Source of the DNA: Spirochaetia bacterium
Lineage (GTDB): Bacteria; Spirochaetota; Spirochaetia; WTKD01; G963693115
Direction: 5' to 3'
Length of the DNA: 64,000 bases
NCBI GenBank assembly: GCA_963693115.1
Contig: OY843750.1
Span: 1,660,680-1,724,679, forward strand
In this document: positions 53,423 to 63,138 of the stretch, in pieces
Layout: every line of letters starts with the position of its first letter
How positions within the stretch are numbered: the stretch's first letter is position 1
The notes under the pieces: generated by a model
Seen by the model: the letters and a program-made list of their open reading frames with translations, nothing else
The model's database searches: none
What the model was told of the DNA's origin: nothing
Position numbers and translations under genes: made by a program

Positions 53423-54322
53423 TTAACGCTCCTGTTTAAAAATTCTATAAAGAAAGAATGCAATGTAAATATCCATGACCACAAATAGAACCGTCGCTAT
53501 TGCTGCCGCATAGCCCATCTTAAAGTTAAACAAGGCTTCTTGGTACATATGTAAGGCAAGCACATAACTAGTACCCCAGGGCCCCCCATTGGTCATAATT
53601 GCGATCAAATCAAAGCTACGCAAGGCACCGATGATCGTAATAACAACGGCAATAAATGTCGCTGGACGCAACTGAGGCAAAACAATATACCGTAGCATTC
53701 CAACTCCCTTAGCGCCATCTATGCGCGCTGCTTCGACTACCTCAGAATCAACATTAGCAAGACCGGTGAGATAAAGTATAAGACAATATGCAGTTTGAGG
53801 CCAAAGAGCTGCTCCTATAATTGCAAACGTAGCAAGTTTAGGATCTGCTAAAAAAGGAATGGGTTTCCAACCCAGAAGCTTGAACAATTCGCCAAGCAAA
53901 CCAAACTCTGGATTGTAGAACCATGAAAACACAAGACCAACAACCACAAGATTAATAACAAAGGGAAAGAAAAACAATGACTTTATAACACGCATTGAGC
54001 GTATTTGTTGATTGAGAAATAATGCAAGAGCCAAGCCAAACACTGGTGCAAGGAGCATGACCACGAGCCATATTACATTATTTTTCACACTCGTATTAAA
54101 ACGAGTGTCTTTTACGAGCGAAAGAAAATTATCAAAGCCAATAAATACTTTTTCGCCAAAGCCATCCCAACTATGAAAACTCAACCAAAGGCTCTGAGCT
54201 ATAGGCCAAAGTACATACAGCGAAAACATACATAGAGCTGGTAAAAGAAAACTCAGTATAATCCAAGGTGAATCAACTGCGAGCACATGCTTGCTTTTAC
54301 GTTTTATCTGCGTTGTTGCCAA
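53423..54322 (-). CDS. carbohydrate ABC transporter permease (MalF-like)
   Basis: The EAA-loop region is EAARIDGAKGVGMLRYIVLPQL. Confidence 0.85.
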   Translation of the reverse strand: MATTQIKRKSKHVLAVDSPWIILSFLLPALCMFSLYVLWPIAQSLWLSFHSWDGFGEKVFIGFDNFLSLVKDTRFNTSVKNNVIWLVVMLLAPVFGLALALFLNQQIRSMRVIKSLFFFPFVINLVVVGLVFSWFYNPEFGLLGELFKLLGWKPIPFLADPKLATFAIIGAALWPQTAYCLILYLTGLANVDSEVVEAARIDGAKGVGMLRYIVLPQLRPATFIAVVITIIGALRSFDLIAIMTNGGPWGTSYVLALHMYQEALFNFKMGYAAAIATVLFVVMDIYIAFFLYRIFKQER

Positions 54323-54375
54323 AATATATTCCTAAATATCGCCTATATATGCCCTAATTATTGATAGAAGACTTG

Positions 54376-54414
54376 CAAAAATAAAGAGAGCCGAACTTTA
54401 TGCTCGGCTCTTTA
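54376..54414 (-). terminator. intra-operon stem-loop/attenuating terminator after the binding-protein gene
   Basis: The minus strand has stem AGAGCCGA/TCGGCTCT with loop GCATAAAGT, followed by CTTTATTTTTG. Confidence 0.5.
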
Positions 54415-54429
54415 TAAGAAAGAATAACG

Positions 54430-55701
54430 TTATTTACCAAATATCCTTTTTCTTTCAGCATCCATAATTTGACGTGCTTCTTGTTCGATAGAAGTGTCAA
54501 CCATGAATCTTTGGAATTGCTCCATACCCTTTGAGGCCATCTCTGGAGTAGTATCCCTGTCATAAAACTGTGCTACTCCTGCAGCATCAGCGAGCATTGC
54601 AGAACCTGCCTGTAAGAAACGATCGCTAGGAGCAGGTGAATCTTTGCTTGGAGAGAGGTTTCCTATGGCCTCAGCTATAGTGCCAATATTACTTGGATCT
54701 GCAAAAAATTTGAGAAAGAGTCTCGCGTTTGCTTTATTCTTTGCACCCGATGGAATATGCGCAGTATCGGTGGGGGCATCCTCATAAAAAGGAAGATCGG
54801 GATTGATTTTTGGAAATTGGAAGAATCCAATATTATCTACAACTCCTGCCGAATCGAGATCAGGAACGATAAAATTACCTATAAGATACATAGCAGCAGA
54901 ACCATTGATGAGCGGTGCCTGCGCCTCTTGCCATGAATACGTAGCGTGGTTTTCTAAATAGTACCCATTATCTACCAACTTTGCCCATTCGTCAAAAACT
55001 TGGTCCAGTTCGGAGTCCAAATAACTCGCATCACCATCGGTAAGACTTAAATGATAGTCCAGTCCATTTATTCTTAGATTGAGATAGTCAAACCATCCCG
55101 CTGCCGTCCATAAAAATTTAGTGCCGATGGAAATTGGAGTTATCCCATTACTTTTGAGCGTTGCACATACTGCCAAAAACTCATCCCATGTTGTGGGAAC
55201 ACTGAGACCGTACTGATCAAATATGTCCTTACGATAATAAACACCCCATTGGTAGTAACCATAGGGAACTCCATATTGCTTGCCATCTATTGTCATAACA
55301 GAAAGCGTAGAAGCCATAGACTCCTTGAGTCCTGCTTCTTCCCATACGTCACTAACGTCTTCTAACAGTCCTTGGTCAACAAAAAATTTCATTCTATTGC
55401 CTGCAAACCAAAGTGCAATATCTGGGGGACTGGAAACAAGAAAATTTCTGATATTGGTCTTGTAAGCCTCATGATCAAAGGTATTAAACTGGACGTCAAT
55501 ATCGGGGTATGCCGCTTGAAAAGCATTTACTACCTGTTCCCACGCTGCCTTTGGTGCGGGATCAGAAGCGTTTGAGTTGATTATGAGTTCGCCGGAACCT
55601 GCTTCCTCAGAAGAACTTTCGACCTCAGCTGAAGAAATTAGCAGCACACCTGTTAATATGAGTGTGATGCTAAACACTAGAGAAAAAAATATTTTTTTCA
55701 T
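54430..55701 (-). CDS. extracellular solute-binding protein of a sugar ABC transporter
   Basis: Has a signal peptide and the family-1 SBP pattern. It is the first gene of the permease-lacZ-melA operon. Confidence 0.8.
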   Translation of the reverse strand: MKKIFFSLVFSITLILTGVLLISSAEVESSSEEAGSGELIINSNASDPAPKAAWEQVVNAFQAAYPDIDVQFNTFDHEAYKTNIRNFLVSSPPDIALWFAGNRMKFFVDQGLLEDVSDVWEEAGLKESMASTLSVMTIDGKQYGVPYGYYQWGVYYRKDIFDQYGLSVPTTWDEFLAVCATLKSNGITPISIGTKFLWTAAGWFDYLNLRINGLDYHLSLTDGDASYLDSELDQVFDEWAKLVDNGYYLENHATYSWQEAQAPLINGSAAMYLIGNFIVPDLDSAGVVDNIGFFQFPKINPDLPFYEDAPTDTAHIPSGAKNKANARLFLKFFADPSNIGTIAEAIGNLSPSKDSPAPSDRFLQAGSAMLADAAGVAQFYDRDTTPEMASKGMEQFQRFMVDTSIEQEARQIMDAERKRIFGK

Positions 55702-55727
55702 TTATACCTCCTAAGTTGTATATAACT

Positions 55728-55736
55728 ATTATACCA
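55728..55736 (-). promoter_or_regulatory. candidate extended -10 element (TGGTATAAT) for the galactoside operon
   Basis: The minus strand reads TTTTTGGTATAATAG. This lies about 27 nt upstream of AGGAGG and the ATG at 55701. Confidence 0.45.
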
Positions 55737-55746
55737 AAAATAACAA

Positions 55747-55777
55747 TCTATACCAACTCTATACCAATCTATACCAA
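55747..55777. repeat. three direct copies of tctataccaa (minus strand TTGGTATAGA) spaced 11 and 10 nt
   Basis: The copies are at 55747-55756, 55758-55767 and 55768-55777, read directly. Confidence 0.85.
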
Positions 55778-55950
55778 AAATGATTATTGCATATAGCAAT
55801 ACGCCTTGGCAACGGAGCTAGCAATTAGCCCATGCATGTATTGGGAATTGCGTACATGATTATTTTTATTTTGCAATATTCTCTTGTAGATTTCTCTTTT
55901 AGATTTTTGTACAAAGCGCTGTTACGTTCATGATCTGCACCTCTTTTTGC

Positions 55951-56020
55951 TATTAGGCAGTTGCTATCAGACAGTTACTATTAGGCAGTTGCCATTAGGC
56001 AGTTGCCATTAGGCAGTTGC
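55951..56020. repeat. 14-nt tandem repeat, five copies (consensus yATTAGGCAGTTGC, one degenerate)
   Basis: The units are tattaggcagttgc, tatcagacagttac, tattaggcagttgc, cattaggcagttgc and cattaggcagttgc, followed by a partial tatcgg. Confidence 0.85.
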
Positions 56021-56248
56021 TATCGGAGTCTATTTTCTACTTTTTTATGATTTATGGGAATTAATTAGTAGATGCGGAGTTTTTTAGATTCAAAAATTAC
56101 AAAATTGTATGCAAGTTTTTAATTATATTATAAAAATATATACTATACTATGTAATATAAAGTTCAAAAGTATAAAATTTAAGGAGGAAGCTACACAGTT
56201 CTCTTGAATTATTATGTCAAAAGGATAACTAGTGTATGGTTTTATTGT

Positions 56249-56845
56249 ATGGATAATAAACACAAACGCATATATAAGATAATAAAGTTGTACGATGCAT
56301 TTCTTTACATAACATTTGAAATAAACCATGGACTAATAGGCCTTGATTTTTTCTCATTCTCTACACAAACCATAAGTAAAAAAGAAATTAGCACGTATTC
56401 AACACAGAGTGCCACATTAATAGACAAAGTTGTGACCTTAGTAGAGCGCTACGCAAATAGTAATGGAGACGAACTAAAAAGCCTTCAACCAGAATTAGTG
56501 AGTACTGGAAAAACACTTGTTAAACAGTACGAGAAAATTACTGCTGACTTTATTGTGCGTAGTTGGAAAAGGCTCCTTGAGCTACCCATAGGTAAGGTAA
56601 CAAGCTATTTGGACATTGCCCAAAAACTAAAGCAACCCAAGGCCGTTCGCTCTGTAGGGCGTGTACTTGCACATAACCCTTTGTGTATAGTCGTACCATG
56701 TCACAGGATTGTACCCAAAATTTCTACCGATAGACTCAATAAAAAGCCAAACATTCCCCTGAGTCTTGAGGAAGTAGGTCACTATGGTGGTGGCAGGCAT
56801 ATAAAGTACAAACTCATCATGCATGAGGGACATGGAAGCACATAA
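56249..56845 (+). CDS. ogt: methylated-DNA--protein-cysteine methyltransferase
   Basis: Contains the active-site motif VPCHRIV and the upstream HTH-like GKVTSYLDIAQKLKQPKAVRSVGRVLAHNP. The start is set at the ATG at 56249. Confidence 0.85.
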   Translation: MDNKHKRIYKIIKLYDAFLYITFEINHGLIGLDFFSFSTQTISKKEISTYSTQSATLIDKVVTLVERYANSNGDELKSLQPELVSTGKTLVKQYEKITADFIVRSWKRLLELPIGKVTSYLDIAQKLKQPKAVRSVGRVLAHNPLCIVVPCHRIVPKISTDRLNKKPNIPLSLEEVGHYGGGRHIKYKLIMHEGHGST

Positions 56846-56896
56846 AAACAAAGGCAAATAACTCAAACAAAGAAATAATAAGCTAATTAAAATAAG

Positions 56897-57418
56897 TTAG
56901 CGGGTAGGATCTTGCGCAATATTCTTCTTTTTTAAAGGTTCGTTTGCCTGTAACTCCATATCCCAAGGAAAGAGTAGCCATGTATGTTGCGATACTTCTG
57001 TAACGTAGGTATCAACTATTGCCTTGCCATCGGGTTTTGCGTATACCACAGCAAAATGTGCTTTAGGTACCCGTGATCGTACCACACGTGCCGTGGTGCT
57101 TGTATCAACAATATCATCGATGATGAGCCATGACTCACCATCACCCACAATAGATGTTTCTAGTTCCTTGAGTATCCTCACTTCTCCTATTTCTTCTTCT
57201 TCGTAAGCTGCAACAGAGATACACTCTATCGTACGAAGCTCTAGTTCGCGCGCAACAATCGAAGCGGGAATAAGCCCCCCGCGCGCTATGGCAATTATCC
57301 CTTTAAAGTTATACTTCATAAGTTTGTGCGAGAGTATACGTGCATCTCTATGAAAAACCTCCCATGCAATAGGGAGATATCGAGAGAATGGTGTTATATC
57401 ATCAGAAGAATTAGTCAT
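56897..57418 (-). CDS. gpt: xanthine-guanine phosphoribosyltransferase
   Basis: GIIAIARGGLIPASIVARELELR, the PRPP motif WLIIDDIVDTSTTA, and HFAVVYAKPDG can be aligned with E. coli Gpt as I remember it. Confidence 0.85.
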   Translation of the reverse strand: MTNSSDDITPFSRYLPIAWEVFHRDARILSHKLMKYNFKGIIAIARGGLIPASIVARELELRTIECISVAAYEEEEIGEVRILKELETSIVGDGESWLIIDDIVDTSTTARVVRSRVPKAHFAVVYAKPDGKAIVDTYVTEVSQHTWLLFPWDMELQANEPLKKKNIAQDPTR

Positions 57419-57773
57419 GTTTATACCTCAATAGTAAAATAGCATTTACAATAGTAACCCAAAAAGGATCCTAAAAGGACTCAAAAAGAACCCAGTCAAA
57501 CAATACTGCCACCCACAATACGGTAAAACCAAGTAGTCCTTTACAAAAAGCAAATATAAATAATTTTATCATTAATAGTAGTCTAAGTGTCCCATAATGT
57601 AATTCTACGACGCAACACAGACGTCTCCATATACCACTGGTATGGATTCTTACTTATATGTATCGAATACATAGACTATCTATACGATAACCTTAGCATT
57701 CCTTTACTGGTACAGCGCTACTGTTTCCATTTTTTCCAACTATCCGCGCGTATCTGTATAATACAATGAAACA

Positions 57774-58769
57774 CTATACCTTTACACTTGCTCCTTGGCG
57801 AGCACTGCTCTCTTTTATTGCATCTAGTATACGCATATTTGTGAGACTGTCACTGAGAGAAAGTGGTGTAGGCTTAGCATGCAAAACTGCGTCAGCAAAA
57901 GCCTCAACTTGATATTGGTATTGATCTGCGGGCTCTATTTCGATAGTCGACGCTTCTAAGTTTTTAAAGAGATGTATTTTTGTCGATGTAAAGTCAGGGG
58001 GATTAAATGGAAGATCGAGCTCTATTCGCCCTTCTCGACCAATAATTTGCACTTTTTGAAAAGGTTCAAGTGTTGTTGCACACATACACGAACTCGCCAC
58101 TCCATTCCTATAATTGAGTTGAAACGATGCAAATGTATCAACACTAAATGACTCATCAATATTCAAACAGCCTGATACATATTCAATTTCGTCACCGAGA
58201 ATAAAACGTGTAGACGATACCCCGTAGCATCCTATATCTAATAGCCCGCCTCCTCCTTCAACGTATTTGTTTCTTATGTTCTCAGGATCATAATTTTTAT
58301 ATGAAAAAAACACCTGCATTGCTCGCGGTTCTCCTATGATTCCTTCTTGTACCATCTCACGCACCCTTACCCATCGAGGATGGAACCGATACATAAAAGC
58401 CTCCATCACATGCACGCCAGGATGTGCATCACAGACGTCATGCAATTGCTGAAGTTGCCGTGCATCTACAGTAAGAGGTTTTTCGCATAATACGTGCACG
58501 CCTCGTTCTAGCGCCTTGACAGAATACTCGTAATGAAGGTGGTTAGGGAGTGGATTATAGATAGCGTCAACTCTACCAGACTCAATGAGTGCCTCATATG
58601 AGTCATACACATACGGTATATTGTGTGCAAGAGCAAACTGCTCAGCTTTTTCGTGAGAACGAGAGGCAAAGGCAACCAATTCTACGTTTCTTGATTTTTG
58701 TATAGCAGGAACAAGCCTCTCTATCGCAATTTTTGCGTGACCAATTATCCCACATCGTAATTTTGCCAT
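57774..58769 (-). CDS. Gfo/Idh/MocA-family NAD(P)-dependent oxidoreductase
   Basis: The N-terminal Rossmann motif is LRCGIIGHAKIA. EKPL and the typical family layout are present. Confidence 0.8.
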   Translation of the reverse strand: MAKLRCGIIGHAKIAIERLVPAIQKSRNVELVAFASRSHEKAEQFALAHNIPYVYDSYEALIESGRVDAIYNPLPNHLHYEYSVKALERGVHVLCEKPLTVDARQLQQLHDVCDAHPGVHVMEAFMYRFHPRWVRVREMVQEGIIGEPRAMQVFFSYKNYDPENIRNKYVEGGGGLLDIGCYGVSSTRFILGDEIEYVSGCLNIDESFSVDTFASFQLNYRNGVASSCMCATTLEPFQKVQIIGREGRIELDLPFNPPDFTSTKIHLFKNLEASTIEIEPADQYQYQVEAFADAVLHAKPTPLSLSDSLTNMRILDAIKESSARQGASVKV

Positions 58770-58802
58770 ATGTCTATTATAATACGAGCATATATACGTA
58801 TA

Positions 58803-60041
58803 CTACAGAGCTTTGTTTCGAGTACGAAGATCATACCATACCGCAAAAATAAGCACCAAGGCTTTAACAACAAACTGCCAGTGCGAAGCCAAGTTCATAA
58901 GAGACATTCCATTATTGATACCGCCCATGACAAGCCCCCCTGTAATAGCGCCAATGACCGTACCAATTCCGCCCGAAGCTGAAGCACCGCCAATAAACGA
59001 AGCAGCAATGGCCTCTAACTCAAAAAGCGTCCCTGCTTGAGGCAGGGCAGAATTGAGATATCCAGCAAAAACCATACCCGAAAGACCGGCAAGCCCTCCC
59101 ATGATCACAAACACAAAAAACACAACACGCTCAGAATTTATTCCCGACAACTTAGCAGCTCGTGCATTTCCACCAACAGCGTATACCTCGCGTCCAAAAA
59201 CAGTTCGATTAGTAATAAACACAAAAAGCGTAACAACTGCCGCAAGCAAGACAAACACCACCGGTATACCGCGATAAAAGGCAAATATAATACTCACCCC
59301 AATAATTGCCAAGAGAATAATAAGCATCTTTATCACCTGTAAGAACACAGGCAAGACCTCAAACAGATGTTTTATTTTTGTACGTCTAGAATACAACTCA
59401 AATACAATGTAGAAGATGCCAAAACTTACACCAAGAAGTACTGGTAAGTAGTCAAAGGCCCCCACTTTTTCAGTAGTATTAAAAAATCCCGAAGCGAGAC
59501 GTTTAAATCCTACGTCGCGTAGCGAAATAGGAGTGACATTAGTAATAAGATACGTCAATCCCCTATAAAGCAACATTCCTGCGAGCGTAACAATAAATGA
59601 GGGTATTTTTAGAAACGCAATGAGGCTTCCTTGTACGCTCCCTATTACAAAACCAACAAGTATACTTACTACCAACGTAACCCATATGCCCACGCCCAAG
59701 TTATACACCATTGCTGATATTGCCCCAACAAAGGCAGCGATAGAACCTACAGAAAGATCAATATTGCCCGTTATAATAACCAGCACCATGCCCGTCGCAA
59801 GTATGAGTATGTAACTGTTCTGAATAAAAATATTTGAAAGATTTCGTGGAGTCATATTGATAAAACCAGTGAAAAATCCAAATACCAAAAATATCACTCC
59901 AAGAATGATGAACATGGAATAATTGCGAACATTGTTTTTTAATACATCGAGTACACGTTTTGCGTGCGGGTTATGGCTGGAAGTATCTGCTACCGATGCA
60001 TCCTGAACAGAGTTACTATGCTGTTTTGAATATGTATTCAT
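58803..60041 (-). CDS. gguB: monosaccharide ABC transporter permease (GguB/XylH-like)
   Basis: Polytopic permease of the ribose/xylose family. It follows the gguA-like ATPase. Confidence 0.75.
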   Translation of the reverse strand: MNTYSKQHSNSVQDASVADTSSHNPHAKRVLDVLKNNVRNYSMFIILGVIFLVFGFFTGFINMTPRNLSNIFIQNSYILILATGMVLVIITGNIDLSVGSIAAFVGAISAMVYNLGVGIWVTLVVSILVGFVIGSVQGSLIAFLKIPSFIVTLAGMLLYRGLTYLITNVTPISLRDVGFKRLASGFFNTTEKVGAFDYLPVLLGVSFGIFYIVFELYSRRTKIKHLFEVLPVFLQVIKMLIILLAIIGVSIIFAFYRGIPVVFVLLAAVVTLFVFITNRTVFGREVYAVGGNARAAKLSGINSERVVFFVFVIMGGLAGLSGMVFAGYLNSALPQAGTLFELEAIAASFIGGASASGGIGTVIGAITGGLVMGGINNGMSLMNLASHWQFVVKALVLIFAVWYDLRTRNKAL

Positions 60042-60142
60042 ATTGCTTTCCTTTTGAGTTTATACAAACCCTTTTATTCTTCTGATTGGAATCAAATGGC
60101 AGGTGTATACCATGTACTGTTTCTTTGGTGATGTTATTGACA

Positions 60143-61666
60143 TCACCGTATAGCTACCTCCATAATAGACTCTTCTGTGGCATCTCTAGCATTCATTTCT
60201 CCTTTGATGAGCCCCGAATTCATAATGTATATCCTGTCAGACATACCAAGCACCTCTATCAACTCTGATGAAATCATTATTATGCTTTTGCCTTGTGACA
60301 CAAGCTCTCCTAATATCTGATAGATTTCGTACTTAGCCCCAACGTCTATGCCCCTCGTAGGCTCGTCAACAATTAATATGTCGGGAGAAGCATACAAGCA
60401 TCGACTCAATACGACCTTTTGTTGATTACCACCGCTGAGATTATTCACGACAGTATGTACAGTAGGGGTACGAATTCTGAGTTTTTCTCGGTAGTTCAGT
60501 GCTGCTTTTTCTACCTTTGCACTCTTAAGCACACCAAAATCTGCACATGCATTAAAATTTGAATTTGTAATATTGGTTTTTACATCTTGAATTAACACCA
60601 ATCCGAGATCTTTTCTATCCTCGGATACATAGGCGAGCCCTGCCTTAAAGGCATTTTTAGGCGTAGTAAGCGTCATACGTTTTCCGTGTATAAATAGCTC
60701 TCCCTCTTGGTGAGAACCGTAGGATCTCCCAAAAATACTCATCATGAGTTCTGTTCTTCCTGATCCCATCAATCCGCAAAGCCCCACTATTTCTCCACGC
60801 CTCACTTTTAACGATGCATCTTCGACTACCTTTTTATCTGAATACAGGGGGTGGTACACTGACCAATTTTTAACCTCTAGCACTACTTCGTCTTGTACGG
60901 TCGCAACGCGGTGTGGAAACCGATTTTCCATTTCTCTCCCCACCATATTTTTAATGATGAGTGCTTCGTCCACTGTGTCAACACTCGTATCAAAAAAGGC
61001 CACGGTCTTACCATCACGCAATACCGTAATACTATCCGCGATTTTGAGCACTTCTGCCAGCTTATGCGATATCATGATACACGTTATCCCCTGCTCTTTA
61101 AGTGACAATATGAGGTTTAGAAGATTATCACTTTCTTGATCATTGAGCGAAGCAGTAGGCTCATCAAAAATGATTATCTTTGATTCTTTTGATAGCGCTT
61201 TTGCTATCTCAACGAGTTGTTGTTTTCCAACTCCTACAGTATTTACAATGGTATTTGGATCTTCTTCAAGCCCAACTTTGAGCAAAAACCTCTTAGATTC
61301 ATCATGTTGTTTAAACACGTTAATGGTTCCATAACGGCTATGTTGATGACCTAAGAAAATATTTTCAGCTATCGAAAGATAAGGGCTCAGCGCAAGTTCT
61401 TGGTGAATAATTGCAATGCCTTCATTCTCGCTATCTTTTACCGAAGTAAATTTGTTCTCTCTAGATTTGTACTGGACAGAACCAGTATACGTCCCATGTG
61501 GATACACGCCACTAATGATCTTCATCAGTGTGGATTTTCCTGCTCCGTTTTCACCTACAAGGCAATGAATCTCCCCTTCTTTTACAGAAAAATGCACATC
61601 ATCAAGCGCCCTTACTCCTGGAAAATCCATAATGAGGTGATTGATTGATAATAGTTCCGATGACAT
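60143..61666 (-). CDS. gguA: monosaccharide ABC transporter ATP-binding protein with duplicated ABC domains (GguA/XylG-like)
   Basis: Contains Walker A GENGAGKST, signature LSGGNQQKV and two ABC domains in 507 aa. Confidence 0.85.
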   Translation of the reverse strand: MSSELLSINHLIMDFPGVRALDDVHFSVKEGEIHCLVGENGAGKSTLMKIISGVYPHGTYTGSVQYKSRENKFTSVKDSENEGIAIIHQELALSPYLSIAENIFLGHQHSRYGTINVFKQHDESKRFLLKVGLEEDPNTIVNTVGVGKQQLVEIAKALSKESKIIIFDEPTASLNDQESDNLLNLILSLKEQGITCIMISHKLAEVLKIADSITVLRDGKTVAFFDTSVDTVDEALIIKNMVGREMENRFPHRVATVQDEVVLEVKNWSVYHPLYSDKKVVEDASLKVRRGEIVGLCGLMGSGRTELMMSIFGRSYGSHQEGELFIHGKRMTLTTPKNAFKAGLAYVSEDRKDLGLVLIQDVKTNITNSNFNACADFGVLKSAKVEKAALNYREKLRIRTPTVHTVVNNLSGGNQQKVVLSRCLYASPDILIVDEPTRGIDVGAKYEIYQILGELVSQGKSIIMISSELIEVLGMSDRIYIMNSGLIKGEMNARDATEESIMEVAIR

Positions 61667-61668
61667 CT

Positions 61669-61704
61669 ATAAAAAAAAGGCGAAAGCACTAAACTTTCGC
61701 CTTT
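61669..61704 (-). terminator. stem-loop plus T-run between the binding-protein and ATPase genes (attenuating terminator)
   Basis: The minus strand reads AAAGGCGAAAG-TTTAGTG-CTTTCGCCTTT followed by TTTTTT. Confidence 0.6.
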
Positions 61705-61712
61705 ATTGAAAA

Positions 61713-62789
61713 TCAGTCTAAATCTGACGCTTCGTAATATCCCGCATCTATGATGTCGGTATAATTATCTGAAGTAAGTACTTGTGGTTCTAGCAAGTAT
61801 GCGTTAACCACCTTGAGCCCTGTATCATAACTCTCAGTATCAAGCCTTGCACCGGGAACCGAAGGCGTTTTGTCGTTCAACAGCGCATCAGCGAGTTCTA
61901 TGGTTGCCTTTGCAAGATTACGAGTATCTTTAAACACCGTCATATTCTGTACGCCATCTCGTATTAACTTTATTGACGCTAGTTCACCATCTTGCCCTGT
62001 AACTACAGGAACATTGTTAGCATATTTTTCGTCAGTTAATAAGGCTTCTATGATTGCTCTTGCGAGCGTGTCATTGGGTGCAAGAACTGCATCAATAACT
62101 ACATCACGTGCATCGTTTACCAGAAGGTTTTCAGCACGTGCTTTCGCAATGTCTGCTTTCCATCCCTCAGTCGTTATCTGAGTAAAACTTGGATCCGATG
62201 ACGAAAGTGGTCCAGGTCCTACAACGCTAAGTACATCAGTCTGCACATAAGGCCTTAGCACATCAACTGCACCATCAAAAAAGAACTTGGCATTATTATC
62301 TGTAGGTGAACCTGCAAAAAACACTACGTTTTTTGCCTCACCATTATCGAGACTAAGCGCATCTACAATAGCACGTCCTTGAAACGATCCTACTTTATAG
62401 TTGTCAAAGGTAACATAGTAGTCGTAGTCATCAGAGTTGGTAATAAGCCTATCATAGGCTATTACAATGACGCCCTCTTCTGCGGCTTTTGCAACTGCTT
62501 CTGCGACACCATCATTGATGCCCCCTATAACCAATAAACGCGCCCCTTTGGTAACAAAGTCTTCGATTTGCTGGTTTTGCTTAGCCTGGTCAGCATCACC
62601 GTATGCAACTTCGGCTGTATATCCCTTGGCCTCTGCAAACTCCTTGAGACCAGCACCATCACGTTGCCATCGTTCAACATGTGTCTCAGGCATGGCGAGC
62701 CCTATGTCAAGAGATGACTTAGGCTGGCACGCAAAAAACAACAGCGATGCAACACATAATACAAACAAGATTAATATCTTTTTTGTCAT
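61713..62789 (-). CDS. chvE: multiple-monosaccharide-binding lipoprotein (ChvE-like)
   Basis: The lipobox is LLFFAC. IAYDRLI, YYVTFDNYKVG, FAGSPTDNNAKFFFDGA and TVFKDTRNLAK closely parallel Agrobacterium ChvE as I remember it. Confidence 0.8.
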   Translation of the reverse strand: MTKKILILFVLCVASLLFFACQPKSSLDIGLAMPETHVERWQRDGAGLKEFAEAKGYTAEVAYGDADQAKQNQQIEDFVTKGARLLVIGGINDGVAEAVAKAAEEGVIVIAYDRLITNSDDYDYYVTFDNYKVGSFQGRAIVDALSLDNGEAKNVVFFAGSPTDNNAKFFFDGAVDVLRPYVQTDVLSVVGPGPLSSSDPSFTQITTEGWKADIAKARAENLLVNDARDVVIDAVLAPNDTLARAIIEALLTDEKYANNVPVVTGQDGELASIKLIRDGVQNMTVFKDTRNLAKATIELADALLNDKTPSVPGARLDTESYDTGLKVVNAYLLEPQVLTSDNYTDIIDAGYYEASDLD

Positions 62790-62866
62790 AATATTAGAAT
62801 TCCTCCTATATATTACAATTATACAATAATTTACGATCTATTTTCATACTTGTTTCGTTTTTTTTT

Positions 62867-62896
62867 CGATACCAAGCTAATCGATACCAAGCTAAT
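62867..62896. repeat. 15-nt direct repeat cgataccaagctaat, two copies, upstream of chvE
   Basis: The copies are at 62867-62881 and 62882-62896, read directly. Confidence 0.85.
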
Positions 62897-63138
62897 CGTG
62901 GTATGATGTCAAACAACACAAATCAGAGATAGATCTCTATCGTAAAAACGATCATTAGCATACTATTGTAGTAAAGGGTGTAGTAAAGGGCTAAAATCAT
63001 TTCGGTTTTTGTTATACATAATAAAACTACTACTATTATGTAGCTAATCTATATAATTATACGTATAGGAACCCATACAAGATATAAAATATCCATACAC
63101 AAACATGGGAAAATACAAAATGGAGAGCTATATAAGAT

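Noticed and set aside
54354-54563. 69-aa minus-strand ORF between the binding-protein and permease genes.
   Set aside because: It overlaps the 3' end of the binding-protein gene and the terminator-like hairpin at 54376-54414. It is most likely spurious.
57419-57773. Canonical purine (guanine/adenine) riboswitch upstream of gpt.
   Set aside because: I looked on the minus strand for the conserved junctions (UAUAAU ... GUUUCUACC ... CCGUAAAU ... ACUAUG) and did not find them in the right order. Only a generic long-range stem is reported, as a low-interest finding.
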